From Vulcanimicrobiota bacterium (GTDB taxonomy: Bacteria > Vulcanimicrobiota > Vulcanimicrobiia > Vulcanimicrobiales > Vulcanimicrobiaceae): a DNA stretch of 64,000 nucleotides. The notes under the pieces were generated by a model, which was given only the letters and a program-made list of their open reading frames with translations, had not been told where the DNA came from and did no database searches. Made by a program: the position numbers and the translations under genes. Of the stretch, positions 11,092-19,292 are shown one piece after another (the stretch's first letter is position 1; the number at the start of each line of letters is the position of its first letter). The stretch spans positions 160,001 to 224,000 of the forward strand of contig CAWAXX010000012.1 in NCBI GenBank assembly GCA_963786105.1. The letters run 5' to 3'.

Positions 11092-11296
11092 GGCGTAGCC
11101 AAATGGGCGAACCGAAACTGCAGAGGTGCTGGGGAGAATGGGAGCATGCGTTTACCATTCGCTTTCTCGCACCGTATCGGTACGGCTCCATATTAGCGCG
11201 ACTAGGTGTTCTCGGCGATCACAACCGAACCTTTTGAACCAGCGCGTTGGGTCGGTCTTCGGATGCGCCGGCGAGGAGGCGTGAGTCGGTGGTGGG

Positions 11297-12334
11297 CTAC
11301 GTTACCGAGATACCGGCCCCAGAGCGGACGTCGCCGACGATCGACGCGAGCGCCCCGGCTGCGCGCAGTTCGCGCAAGAGCGGCTCGACGCGTGCGGGAG
11401 AGATTGCGATCAAAAGGCCGCCGGACGTCTGCGCGTCGGAAAGACCGATGCGAACGGCCTCGTCCACACTCGGCGCGAAGCTGGTAAACTCCGAATGCGT
11501 CTGCGCGTTATGAATCGTCCCGCCCGGCACGACTCCATTTTGAATCAGCGCTCGCACGCTCGACATGAACGGTACCGCGTTTGCATCGATCGAGATGCCT
11601 ACGCCCGACGCGCGTGCCATTCCGCCGGCGTGGCCGAGCAGGCCAAATCCGGTGATATCGGTCGCGGCATGCGCGCCGCACGACAGCATGGCGCGCGACG
11701 CGCCGGCGTTGAGCGCGGTCATCCAGCGCACGGCCTCTTCCAGGGCTGCATCGGAAATCATCCCGCGCTTTCGCGCCGTCGTCAGAACGCCGGTTCCTAG
11801 CGGTTTTGTCAGCACCAGTACGTCGCCGGGCCGCGCTTTTGCATTCGTCACGACGCGCGCGGGATCGATCGTGCCGGTCACCGCCATGCCGTATTTCGGT
11901 TCGGCGTCCTTGATCGTATGGCCGCCGAGTACGGCAACGCCGGCGTCGTGCGCAACCGCCGCGCCGCCGTCGAGAATCCGCGACAGAATCGTCAGATCGA
12001 GGTCTTCGGGGAACGCGGCGATGTTGAGCGCGGTGAGCGGCCGACCGCCCATGGCGTAGACGTCCGAAAAGGCATTCGTCGCGGCGATCCGCCCGAAGTC
12101 GAACGGGTCGTCGACGATGGGCGTAAAAAAATCGACGGTCTGGACGAGCGCGATTTGGTTGGTTATCAGGAATACGCCCGCGTCGTCGCCGGTCCGGTAC
12201 CCGACGAGCACGCGCGGGTCCGCCGCGCCGGTTCGGACGAGGCTCAAAACGTCACGGAGCTCGGCGGCTCCCAGCTTGGCGGCGCAACCTGCGCACGAGC
12301 TGAGATCGGTGAGGCGGATGCGCGCGGTGTCCAT
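11297..12334 (-). CDS. selD: Selenide, water dikinase (selenophosphate synthetase), Cys form
   Basis: RLTDLSSCAGCAAKL, DDAGV, QTVDFFTPIVDDP, SDVYAMGG, GGHT, DITGFGLLGH, DAQTSGGLL. Confidence 0.96.
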   Translation of the reverse strand: MDTARIRLTDLSSCAGCAAKLGAAELRDVLSLVRTGAADPRVLVGYRTGDDAGVFLITNQIALVQTVDFFTPIVDDPFDFGRIAATNAFSDVYAMGGRPLTALNIAAFPEDLDLTILSRILDGGAAVAHDAGVAVLGGHTIKDAEPKYGMAVTGTIDPARVVTNAKARPGDVLVLTKPLGTGVLTTARKRGMISDAALEEAVRWMTALNAGASRAMLSCGAHAATDITGFGLLGHAGGMARASGVGISIDANAVPFMSSVRALIQNGVVPGGTIHNAQTHSEFTSFAPSVDEAVRIGLSDAQTSGGLLIAISPARVEPLLRELRAAGALASIVGDVRSGAGISVT

Positions 12335-12349
12335 AGAAAAGGTAGTTCC

Positions 12350-13519
12350 ATGAAGAAGGCGCTGCTTCTCCTCCCCGGCCCAGTGACCGTTGCGCAGCCC
12401 GTGCTCGAGGCAATGGCGCGCCCATTGATCAATCATCGCGACGCGGAGTTCGGCGAGCTGCTCGAGCGCGTCAAAAGCGCGATGGCGCCGGTCTTCGGCA
12501 CGCGACACGACGTGCTCGTCTGCGGTTCGTCGGGGACGGGCGGCCTCGAGGCGGCTCTCGTCAACTGTTTTTCACCCGGCGACGTGCTGCTTTCGTGCTC
12601 GGTCGGCGCTTTCGGCGAACGCTTTGCGACGATCGCGCGAACCTATGGTTGCATCGTGGAATCGCTCGAGACGCCTGCGGGCGCGGCTCTCGACCCGAGC
12701 GCGCTGGCCGCGCGTCTGGACGCCGACCGCGACCGCCGGATTGCGGGCATTTTGCTCACGCACAACGAGACCTCGACCGGCGTGCAGAACGACATGCGTG
12801 CGATCGCCCCCATCGTCGGCCGTCACGGTGCGCTCACGCTGGTCGATTCGATCAGCGGCCTGGGCGCGTCGGAGTTTCAAATGGACGAGTGGGGATACGA
12901 CGTCGTCGTCGCGGCTTCGCAGAAGGCCTTTGCGGCGCCGCCCGGTGTCGCGATGATCGCGATCGGCGAGCGGGCGTGGACGGCGATGGACACGGCGCGC
13001 ATCCCGCGCTTCTATTTCGACCTCCGGCGTGCGCGCGAGTCTAAGCGCGCGGGGCAGACGCCGTGGACGCCGCCGATCTCGATCCTGTGCGCGCTCGACG
13101 TGGCGCTGATGAGATACCACGCCGAAGGAATGGCGGCCGCGTGGGAACGCCACGAGCGGTATGCGCGCGCCGTGCGAGCGGGCTTAGAGGCGGTAGGTTT
13201 CACGATACTTTCCCAGCCGGATGCGCACTCGGTTACGGTCGTCGCCGCGTTTCCGCCGGAGGGAGTCTCCGCAGCGACGTTCCTGAAACATCTGCGCGAA
13301 CGCTACGGCGTCGTGCTTGCCGACGGTCAAGGCACGCTGAACGGTAAAATCGTGCGTTTCGGGACGATGGGCGACGTGCGCGAGGGCGATCTGCTGGGCG
13401 CTATCGGCGCGGTCGAGTTGGCATTGGCCGACTTGGAGGTCGCCGCTAACCCCGGTGCAGGTACTGCGGCCGCCATCGAGCGTCTCTCGACCGCTCGTTC
13501 CTTCGACTACGCTCGCTAA
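12350..13519 (+). CDS. Class V PLP aminotransferase (alanine-glyoxylate/serine-pyruvate type)
   Basis: LLLPGP, SGTGGLEA, HNETSTGV, DSISG, ASQKAF (PLP Lys), TPWTP. Confidence 0.93.
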   Translation: MKKALLLLPGPVTVAQPVLEAMARPLINHRDAEFGELLERVKSAMAPVFGTRHDVLVCGSSGTGGLEAALVNCFSPGDVLLSCSVGAFGERFATIARTYGCIVESLETPAGAALDPSALAARLDADRDRRIAGILLTHNETSTGVQNDMRAIAPIVGRHGALTLVDSISGLGASEFQMDEWGYDVVVAASQKAFAAPPGVAMIAIGERAWTAMDTARIPRFYFDLRRARESKRAGQTPWTPPISILCALDVALMRYHAEGMAAAWERHERYARAVRAGLEAVGFTILSQPDAHSVTVVAAFPPEGVSAATFLKHLRERYGVVLADGQGTLNGKIVRFGTMGDVREGDLLGAIGAVELALADLEVAANPGAGTAAAIERLSTARSFDYAR

Positions 13520-13542
13520 CGCGAGCTCCGCTCAGGATGACA
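13499..13542. repeat. REP-like palindrome between convergent genes
   Basis: tccttcgactacgctcgctaacgcgagctccgctcaggatgaca; related copies at 36729-36823 and 38367-38400. Confidence 0.75.
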
Positions 13543-14788
13543 AGTCGCGAGCGGGCCATATGCCGATGGACGAGCCTACCCAAGTGTGCTGCTTGTTGTG
13601 ATCGACGCCCATCATTGAGCCGCGTGACAGACGGCAGAGGTTTTGCGCCAAAACGAACGTGGGTCGATCGTCGGGCCGCAAGTAAATCAGCCGCAACTCG
13701 ACTTTCACTCGCCCGCCGTCGGCCGCCTTGAGCACCGGCCCGTATTGGATCTTTTCTTGCAGGCACCACGCGCCGCGCCGGTCGGAGGGAATCGCGGAAA
13801 CGTCGCTTGCCGTCGGGGCGACGTTGACGCCGGCGCCGGCAAACGAAAAGAGCGGCTTGAGAACGCAGTTCTCCGAGAGGTTCGGCGGCAGCTCAACGGT
13901 TTCCGAAAGAAGCGTAGCCTTTGGAACCGCAGGGTGGTCGAGAAACGGCAGCGAGTACTTCGACCACATCCAAAACCAGTTGGGGTGCGGCGTCCACTCG
14001 ACGTCGAGGTCGTCGCGAAAATCGAACGGCAGCAAAACGTTGTTGCGTTCTAGTTCGTCGGCGATGACGCGATTATAGATGCGTTCGACGCGCACGTCCG
14101 CGCCGTCTTCGCGCTTGCGGTACAAGCGCCGCCCACGTTTAATCAAGTCGGTCGGACACACGGCTTCGATGCCGAAGAGCCGGCGCGAAGCAGTGAAATC
14201 GGGATATGTCTTTTGCGCCCTCGGGTGGAGATCCATCAGAATGACGTGTTCGGGAGCGTGGCTTCCTAAAATCACCTGTCGCGCCAACTCGAGAAAATCC
14301 GAACGCGTCAGTCCCGAAAACCACGATCGCCAGTCTACGTCGAGCCCGTCGATGCTTCGCAGGGCTTCGGCCCAGGCGTCGTGCTGCATGGTTTGGTAAG
14401 CGATGAGCGTGGGAAACCCTTGCAGCTCGATGAGCTTGGGGACGAGTTCTCCGCTCGCATCGACCGTCATCGCAAAATCGATCGCACAAAAAGTCGGCAA
14501 GCCGGCGTTGCCCGGCACGTCCCAGCGCGGCGGAACGGCCGCCTTCATGCGCTCGATGCGGACCGGATCGCAGAGCTGCTCTAGGATTTCCCGACCCGCG
14601 GTTTCGGCGCGCACGCGTAATTGCGCCGGCAGAAAGACCGGCGTTTGCGCGATCTGCATGTCGACCGGAGCGCCGCATCGGCGAGAAAAGTCGGCCAGGA
14701 AGCGGTGGTACAGCGCCTCGGAGTAGCCGGCGTTATAGAGTCGTCGAAATCGAGGGTCCACGGCGTGCTTTGTCGGTGCGAGTGGCAT
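13532..14788 (-). CDS. Circularly permuted ATP-grasp / glutathione-synthetase-like amide ligase
   Basis: IDFA...PKLIELQGFP, IYNRVI.DE, SKYSLP, VLKPLFSFAG.GV, LQEKIQY, ELR; start approximate (14788 or 14761). Confidence 0.75.
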   Translation of the reverse strand: MPLAPTKHAVDPRFRRLYNAGYSEALYHRFLADFSRRCGAPVDMQIAQTPVFLPAQLRVRAETAGREILEQLCDPVRIERMKAAVPPRWDVPGNAGLPTFCAIDFAMTVDASGELVPKLIELQGFPTLIAYQTMQHDAWAEALRSIDGLDVDWRSWFSGLTRSDFLELARQVILGSHAPEHVILMDLHPRAQKTYPDFTASRRLFGIEAVCPTDLIKRGRRLYRKREDGADVRVERIYNRVIADELERNNVLLPFDFRDDLDVEWTPHPNWFWMWSKYSLPFLDHPAVPKATLLSETVELPPNLSENCVLKPLFSFAGAGVNVAPTASDVSAIPSDRRGAWCLQEKIQYGPVLKAADGGRVKVELRLIYLRPDDRPTFVLAQNLCRLSRGSMMGVDHNKQHTWVGSSIGIWPARDLSS

Positions 14789-15764
14789 CGATTGCGTCGC
14801 GAAGGCCCTCGCGCAGGAGAAATCCGAAAGAATATCCGGCCGACAGAAGCCGGCCGGTTTCGTTATGGTTTTGCCGATGCAGCGTGTCGACAAGCGACGC
14901 GCGGCTTTCGTACCAATCGCGAGTGACTTCGCCGCCGGCAAGTTTGCGTTCGAGTAGCGCCGCCAGCTCTAGTGCGTCCGGAATTTCCGGGTGGTGGTTC
15001 GAAGCGAAAATGCGTGGAACGCCGTTGGGCTTGCGAGCGAACTCGCACATCGTCAATGCTGCGCCCGCCGGATCGCCTCGACCGGGCGACTCGTACGCGA
15101 TAGGGGTAATTCCGGGCGGAAATAACCCGGTCGGAATCAGGTCGTAGTGTCGCGAGTCGACGACCGGCAAATGCCGGCCGTCGGGAAGCTGCGCTGCCAA
15201 CTGGGAGAACCACGGATGCGCCAACGCCTCCGGCGACAAGACGTTCTCGACGATTCCGATGCTGGGACCCCCTTTTTCGGCGGAGCGCACCGCGGGCTCG
15301 GCGACGCCCGACCATCGGCACAGCAGACCGAAGGTATGACAAACGCCGTACAGCATCGCGCCTTCGTCGCGGTTGACGGCGTCGTAGAATTCGAAGAGCG
15401 GCGCTTCCCAGCCGGCCGATTCGGCGATTTCGCCGGCGTCCACGTCGTCGCGGTGGTTCATGCGCGGATCGAGATGTCCCGGGCCGCCGGTACCGACGTA
15501 GATCGCGAGGCCGGACGGTTTCGGCGGGAGCAGAAAGCCGCGGCGTACGTCGTACGAAATCACGCGAATCGTCGCACCGGCCCGTTCCAAACTCGCGTCG
15601 GCGTCGGAGGCCAAGCGCCGGACGAGGCCGACGATCGAATCGTGTCCGGCGTTGTGCCACGCGTGATTCATGTCCAACAGGTGCACGTCGATGAAGGCCG
15701 CGTCGGGTTGCGGAATCTCGGCGCGCGTCGTGGGCCGAACGAATTCGAAGCGCGGCCGTTTCAC
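14733..15764 (-). CDS. Class I glutamine amidotransferase-like protein (GATase1/peptidase C26-like)
   Basis: GTGGPG, GVCHTFG (nucleophile Cys elbow), HHPEI (His-x-Glu). Confidence 0.8.
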   Translation of the reverse strand: MKRPRFEFVRPTTRAEIPQPDAAFIDVHLLDMNHAWHNAGHDSIVGLVRRLASDADASLERAGATIRVISYDVRRGFLLPPKPSGLAIYVGTGGPGHLDPRMNHRDDVDAGEIAESAGWEAPLFEFYDAVNRDEGAMLYGVCHTFGLLCRWSGVAEPAVRSAEKGGPSIGIVENVLSPEALAHPWFSQLAAQLPDGRHLPVVDSRHYDLIPTGLFPPGITPIAYESPGRGDPAGAALTMCEFARKPNGVPRIFASNHHPEIPDALELAALLERKLAGGEVTRDWYESRASLVDTLHRQNHNETGRLLSAGYSFGFLLREGLRDAIDATRTDKARRGPSISTTL

Positions 15765-16885
15765 GATGCGATGCCGTGTTCGGTTTCGGCGACGATGTAG
15801 TCGACGACCGCCGTCAGGCTGCCGGTTTCTTCGAACACCTTCAGTTGCCGGTCTGCGCCGGTTCGCCGCCGCAGGATCTCGTGCACGTAGTCCACCTCGT
15901 GGCGCGAGCCGAGGTCGTCGAGCACGTCGTCGATGAACTCGAGCAGTTCGGTGAGTAGCGACTCGGTCGGCAGTTCGATCCGCTTTCCCAAGTCGATCAA
16001 TTTCCCATCGATGCCCCAGCGCGCTGCGCGCTGCTTATTCTCGGCAATCAGCGAACGCCGGTAGAGGCGCCAACCCTGATTGCGGCTGTACAGCTGCCAC
16101 AACTTGTAGGTGACCGCTTGAAAGAGCGCCGCCAAACAGATGGTTTCGTCGATCCGCATAGGCACGTCGCAAATCCGGTACTCGAGCGTCGGGAAATAGG
16201 GATGCGGCCGGACGTCCCACCAGATTTTCTTGCCGTCGTCGATGCAGCCGCTCACGACCAGGGTCCGCACGAAGTCGTCGAACTCCGCGCCGGACCCGAA
16301 GTAGTCGGGGATGCCCGTCCTCGGAAAGCGCTCGAACACCTTCGCGCGGTAACTCTTCCAGCCGGTGTTCGTCCCGCACCAAAACGGCGAGTTGACCGAG
16401 AGCGCAAAAATATGCGGAAGGAAGTAACGCCCGGCATTCATCACGTGTATGCGCGTATCCGGATCTTCGACCGCGACGTGCACGTGCAGGCCGAAGATCA
16501 GATTGGCGCGCGCTACCATTTGGAGATCGTAAATCAGTCGCGCGTAGCGCTCGTTGTCGGTGATCGGAACGCTCGACCAGTGCGTAAACGGGTGCGTCCC
16601 GGCGGCCGCGACGCGCAGCCCGTTTTTGCGCACGAGACCGATGATTTCGGCGCGCAACTTGGTTACTTCCGCGCGCGCCTCTTGGACGTTTTTGCAGATG
16701 TTCGTGCCGACTTCGATGACGGGCTGATGCATTTCGCGCTTGATTTGATCGTGCAGGCGCAGTTCGCCCTGCGCAAACATCTCCTCTTGCAAGTGCGAGC
16801 GAAGCTCGCGCGTTTCCGGGTCGACGACCTGAAACTCTTCTTCGATGCCCAGCGTGAACGACGGGACCGCGGAGCCCTGCATCAT
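15761..16885 (-). CDS. Carboxylate-amine ligase, glutamate-cysteine ligase family 2 (YbdK-like)
   Basis: FTLGIEEEFQ, FGLHVHV, SVNSPFW, IWWDVRPHP, TLEYRICD, ENK.RAAR.G. Confidence 0.93.
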   Translation of the reverse strand: MMQGSAVPSFTLGIEEEFQVVDPETRELRSHLQEEMFAQGELRLHDQIKREMHQPVIEVGTNICKNVQEARAEVTKLRAEIIGLVRKNGLRVAAAGTHPFTHWSSVPITDNERYARLIYDLQMVARANLIFGLHVHVAVEDPDTRIHVMNAGRYFLPHIFALSVNSPFWCGTNTGWKSYRAKVFERFPRTGIPDYFGSGAEFDDFVRTLVVSGCIDDGKKIWWDVRPHPYFPTLEYRICDVPMRIDETICLAALFQAVTYKLWQLYSRNQGWRLYRRSLIAENKQRAARWGIDGKLIDLGKRIELPTESLLTELLEFIDDVLDDLGSRHEVDYVHEILRRRTGADRQLKVFEETGSLTAVVDYIVAETEHGIAS

Positions 16886-17847
16886 CGCGCCGCGGTCGCC
16901 GGCGAGCGATCCAGAAAGGCGGCCGGCCACCGCCCGGTGGTTTCGAACGGCCGCGGTTTGCGCACCCGGTCGATGAGCACCGCAGCCATCGTCTTGACGA
17001 CCCATTCGAAGTTTTCGTCGCCGACGGAATGACGGTCGGCGTCGGGAGCCGGGTTCATGAAATCGATGGCATACGGCACGCCGTCGCGAACGGCGAACTC
17101 GACCGTGTTCATATCGTACCCCAGCGCTTCGCACAGCGCCACGCCGTCGCGCCGCAACCGCGCGTCGAGCTGCGGGTCGATCGAGGGCGCGTTGCGCACG
17201 TACCGCTCGTGCATCGGCGCCCCCGGATCGTACGGCATGACCAGGACGTTCGAGCGTCCCAAGACGTAAAGCCGGAAGTACTGCGTGAAAGCGATCGCCT
17301 CTTGGGCCATCATGCAAAGATCGCGCGACGCGTCGTAGGCGGCGAAGAAGGCCTCGGGCGAGTCGCACTTATGCACGTCGCGCCATCCGCCCCCGTCGGC
17401 GGGTTTCATGAAGATCGGAAAGCCGAGATAGGCGAAAACTTCGTCCCACTCGACGAACCGCATGTTTCGAAACGACTGCGCTTGAGTTCCGCGCGGGCGT
17501 TCTTTCGGCGGAAGCAAGACGGTCTTAGGGACGGCGACCCCCAGCGATTCGGCGACGAGGTTGTTGAAAAACTTGTCGTCGGCGCAGGACCAAAAAGGGT
17601 TATTGATGACGACGGTGCCGCGAGCGGCGGCACACTTCAGGTACACGCGATAGAATTGAACGTCGTGGCTGATGCGATCGAGAATGGCCGCATAGTCGAA
17701 GGTCTGCCCGTCGCGCAAATAGGAAACGTCGACCGGACATCCCACGAACTCGCCGCCCGAAAGCGACGTCACCGCGTTCATCAGCGCCCACGGAAACGTA
17801 TCCTCCATTCCAAACAGAACGCCGACGTTCTTGGACTCGTTCGTCAT
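16882..17847 (-). CDS. ATP-grasp domain protein (RimK-like)
   Basis: INNPF...DDKF, VPKT, FPIFMKPADGGGWRDV, QEAI, VEFA...AIDFMNPAPD. Confidence 0.88.
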   Translation of the reverse strand: MTNESKNVGVLFGMEDTFPWALMNAVTSLSGGEFVGCPVDVSYLRDGQTFDYAAILDRISHDVQFYRVYLKCAAARGTVVINNPFWSCADDKFFNNLVAESLGVAVPKTVLLPPKERPRGTQAQSFRNMRFVEWDEVFAYLGFPIFMKPADGGGWRDVHKCDSPEAFFAAYDASRDLCMMAQEAIAFTQYFRLYVLGRSNVLVMPYDPGAPMHERYVRNAPSIDPQLDARLRRDGVALCEALGYDMNTVEFAVRDGVPYAIDFMNPAPDADRHSVGDENFEWVVKTMAAVLIDRVRKPRPFETTGRWPAAFLDRSPATAAR

Positions 17848-17941
17848 TGCGGTTCCCTCCGTTGTTCCGGCTCGCCGGGCGTCTGTGATTCAAGAGGGCT
17901 GCGCGTAGGTCCCTCGCAGGGGTGCGGCGTACCGCGCCCTG

Positions 17942-18649
17942 ATGGTCCGTCAACACGAATCGTGGGTGAGCCCTGCGCTCGGGCGTCCCATGGAGTTTCT
18001 CCGATTCGGCGACCGAGGCTTTGGGGTCATCATGTTTCCGACATCGATGGGCAGCTTCCACCAGTACGAAGACATGAACACCGTGGGGTGGCTCGCCGAT
18101 AAGGTCGAAGAAGGCTTTATCCAGCTCTTTTGCGTCGATTCCGTGGATGCCGAAAGCTGGTACAACGAGCAGGTACCGCCCGCGCTCCGCGCGCAGCGCC
18201 ACGCTCAATACGACCGCTATTTGCGCGAGGAAATGGTTCCGCACGTTCAAGCGGCCACCGGCCGCAACGATCTCGGCGTTTTCGGGTGCAGCTTCGGCGG
18301 CTATCATGCCGCGAATTTTGCCGCCCGCTACCCGGGCATCGTCACCAAGGCCGTCTGCTTCTCGGGCATTTACGACGTCCACCAGTTCCTCGACGGATAC
18401 TGGGACGACACGTGCTATTTCAACTGCCCGACCGCGTACGTTCCGAACATGGACGCCGAGTGGGTTTCCCGGCTTTGCCAAGTGCAGTGGACGATCGCGA
18501 CCGGCGAATACGATTCGCTGGTCGACGACAACCGCCAATTCTCGGCGCTCCTATCCGGTCGCGGCATCCCCAACTATTGCGAAATTTGGCCGGGAGTCTT
18601 CGGCCACGACTGGCGATGGTGGAACGAAAACGCCCGCCGATTTTATTAA
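17942..18649 (+). CDS. Putative esterase (alpha/beta hydrolase)
   Basis: FPTSMG, GCSFGGYHA nucleophile, HDWRWW. Confidence 0.88.
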   Translation: MVRQHESWVSPALGRPMEFLRFGDRGFGVIMFPTSMGSFHQYEDMNTVGWLADKVEEGFIQLFCVDSVDAESWYNEQVPPALRAQRHAQYDRYLREEMVPHVQAATGRNDLGVFGCSFGGYHAANFAARYPGIVTKAVCFSGIYDVHQFLDGYWDDTCYFNCPTAYVPNMDAEWVSRLCQVQWTIATGEYDSLVDDNRQFSALLSGRGIPNYCEIWPGVFGHDWRWWNENARRFY

Positions 18650-18664
18650 GTAGGAGCATCGTAT

Positions 18665-18748
18665 CGCGCTTCTTGCAATGGGGCCGAAGGCCGGGGGCCC
18701 CGTCGGTTTTACCGACGGGGGGCGAGGAGCGCGAAGCGCGGATTCGCC
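18665..18748. repeat. Structured intergenic repeat with a strong hairpin (possible bidirectional terminator)
   Basis: ccccgtcggt-ttt-accgacgggg (18698-18720) nested in cgcgcttc/gaagcgcg arms; shares GGGCGAGGAGCGC..AAGCGCG.ATTCGCC with 51376-51404. Confidence 0.6.
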
Positions 18749-18749
18749 T

Positions 18750-19292
18750 TTACAAAGAGTGGTGCTCGAACAGCGGGACCACTAAGGGGCGGGCGAACTC
18801 CGGTATCGTGTTTTCGATCGCGGTGTCGACGGCACCGTCGAACATCGTGAACGACGGTACGAGACGCGAGGCTTTCAGGCTTGACCGAATCGGCGGCGTC
18901 AGCGGAAAGAAGAGTGCGACGAAGAGGATGAGCCATACGAGGATTGCCCCTTTGGCAAATCCCACGAGTGCGCCCGCAATGGCATTCCCCGTGCCGAGGA
19001 TCGGCAACCTGGCGAGGCGTTTGAGAATCGACGCCGCAACGAGAACGACGACGTACGCGAAGATTCCGGTCAGCACCATGCCCGCCACGTGCGCCGGACC
19101 GGAGCCGAGTTTCGTGTAAGCCTCGATTTGGGCGTCGGCGCTGCCGTTGTAAAACCACGGCGCGATCAGCGCCGCCGCAATCGCGACAACGCCACCAAGC
19201 TCGGACACAAATCCGCGTGAAAAGCCCTTGAAGGTCGCGGCGGCGATCACCAAAACGACGACGATATCCGGCCAGGCGAAGCCGCCGATCAC
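18750..19292 (-). CDS. cvpA: CvpA family membrane protein
   Basis: DIVVVLVI....GFSRGFVSE, several TMs, GALVGFAKG, SRLVP. Confidence 0.85.
   Translation of the reverse strand: MIGGFAWPDIVVVLVIAAATFKGFSRGFVSELGGVVAIAAALIAPWFYNGSADAQIEAYTKLGSGPAHVAGMVLTGIFAYVVVLVAASILKRLARLPILGTGNAIAGALVGFAKGAILVWLILFVALFFPLTPPIRSSLKASRLVPSFTMFDGAVDTAIENTIPEFARPLVVPLFEHHSL

Noticed and set aside
10553..11191. Alternative 212-aa ORF (KTDNAGSGNA repeats) whose stop overlaps the GT start (ATGA)
   Set aside because: Repeat-unit differences are non-synonymous in this frame and all synonymous in the PITPAPGTPK frame, and its N-terminus is not protein-like. The ATGA overlap means it cannot be fully excluded.
11297..13519. 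selD plus a class V PLP enzyme as a selenocysteine lyase / selenium system
   Set aside because: The PLP enzyme has AGT/SPT motifs and lacks the NifS/SufS Cys loop; SelD has Cys rather than an in-frame TGA; no SECIS or selenoprotein was seen.
17905..17935. Recurrent AGG-N18/19-CG(A/T)A promoter-like pattern upstream of several genes
   Set aside because: Low information content in GC-rich DNA and inconsistent across genes; it would need a motif-enrichment test.
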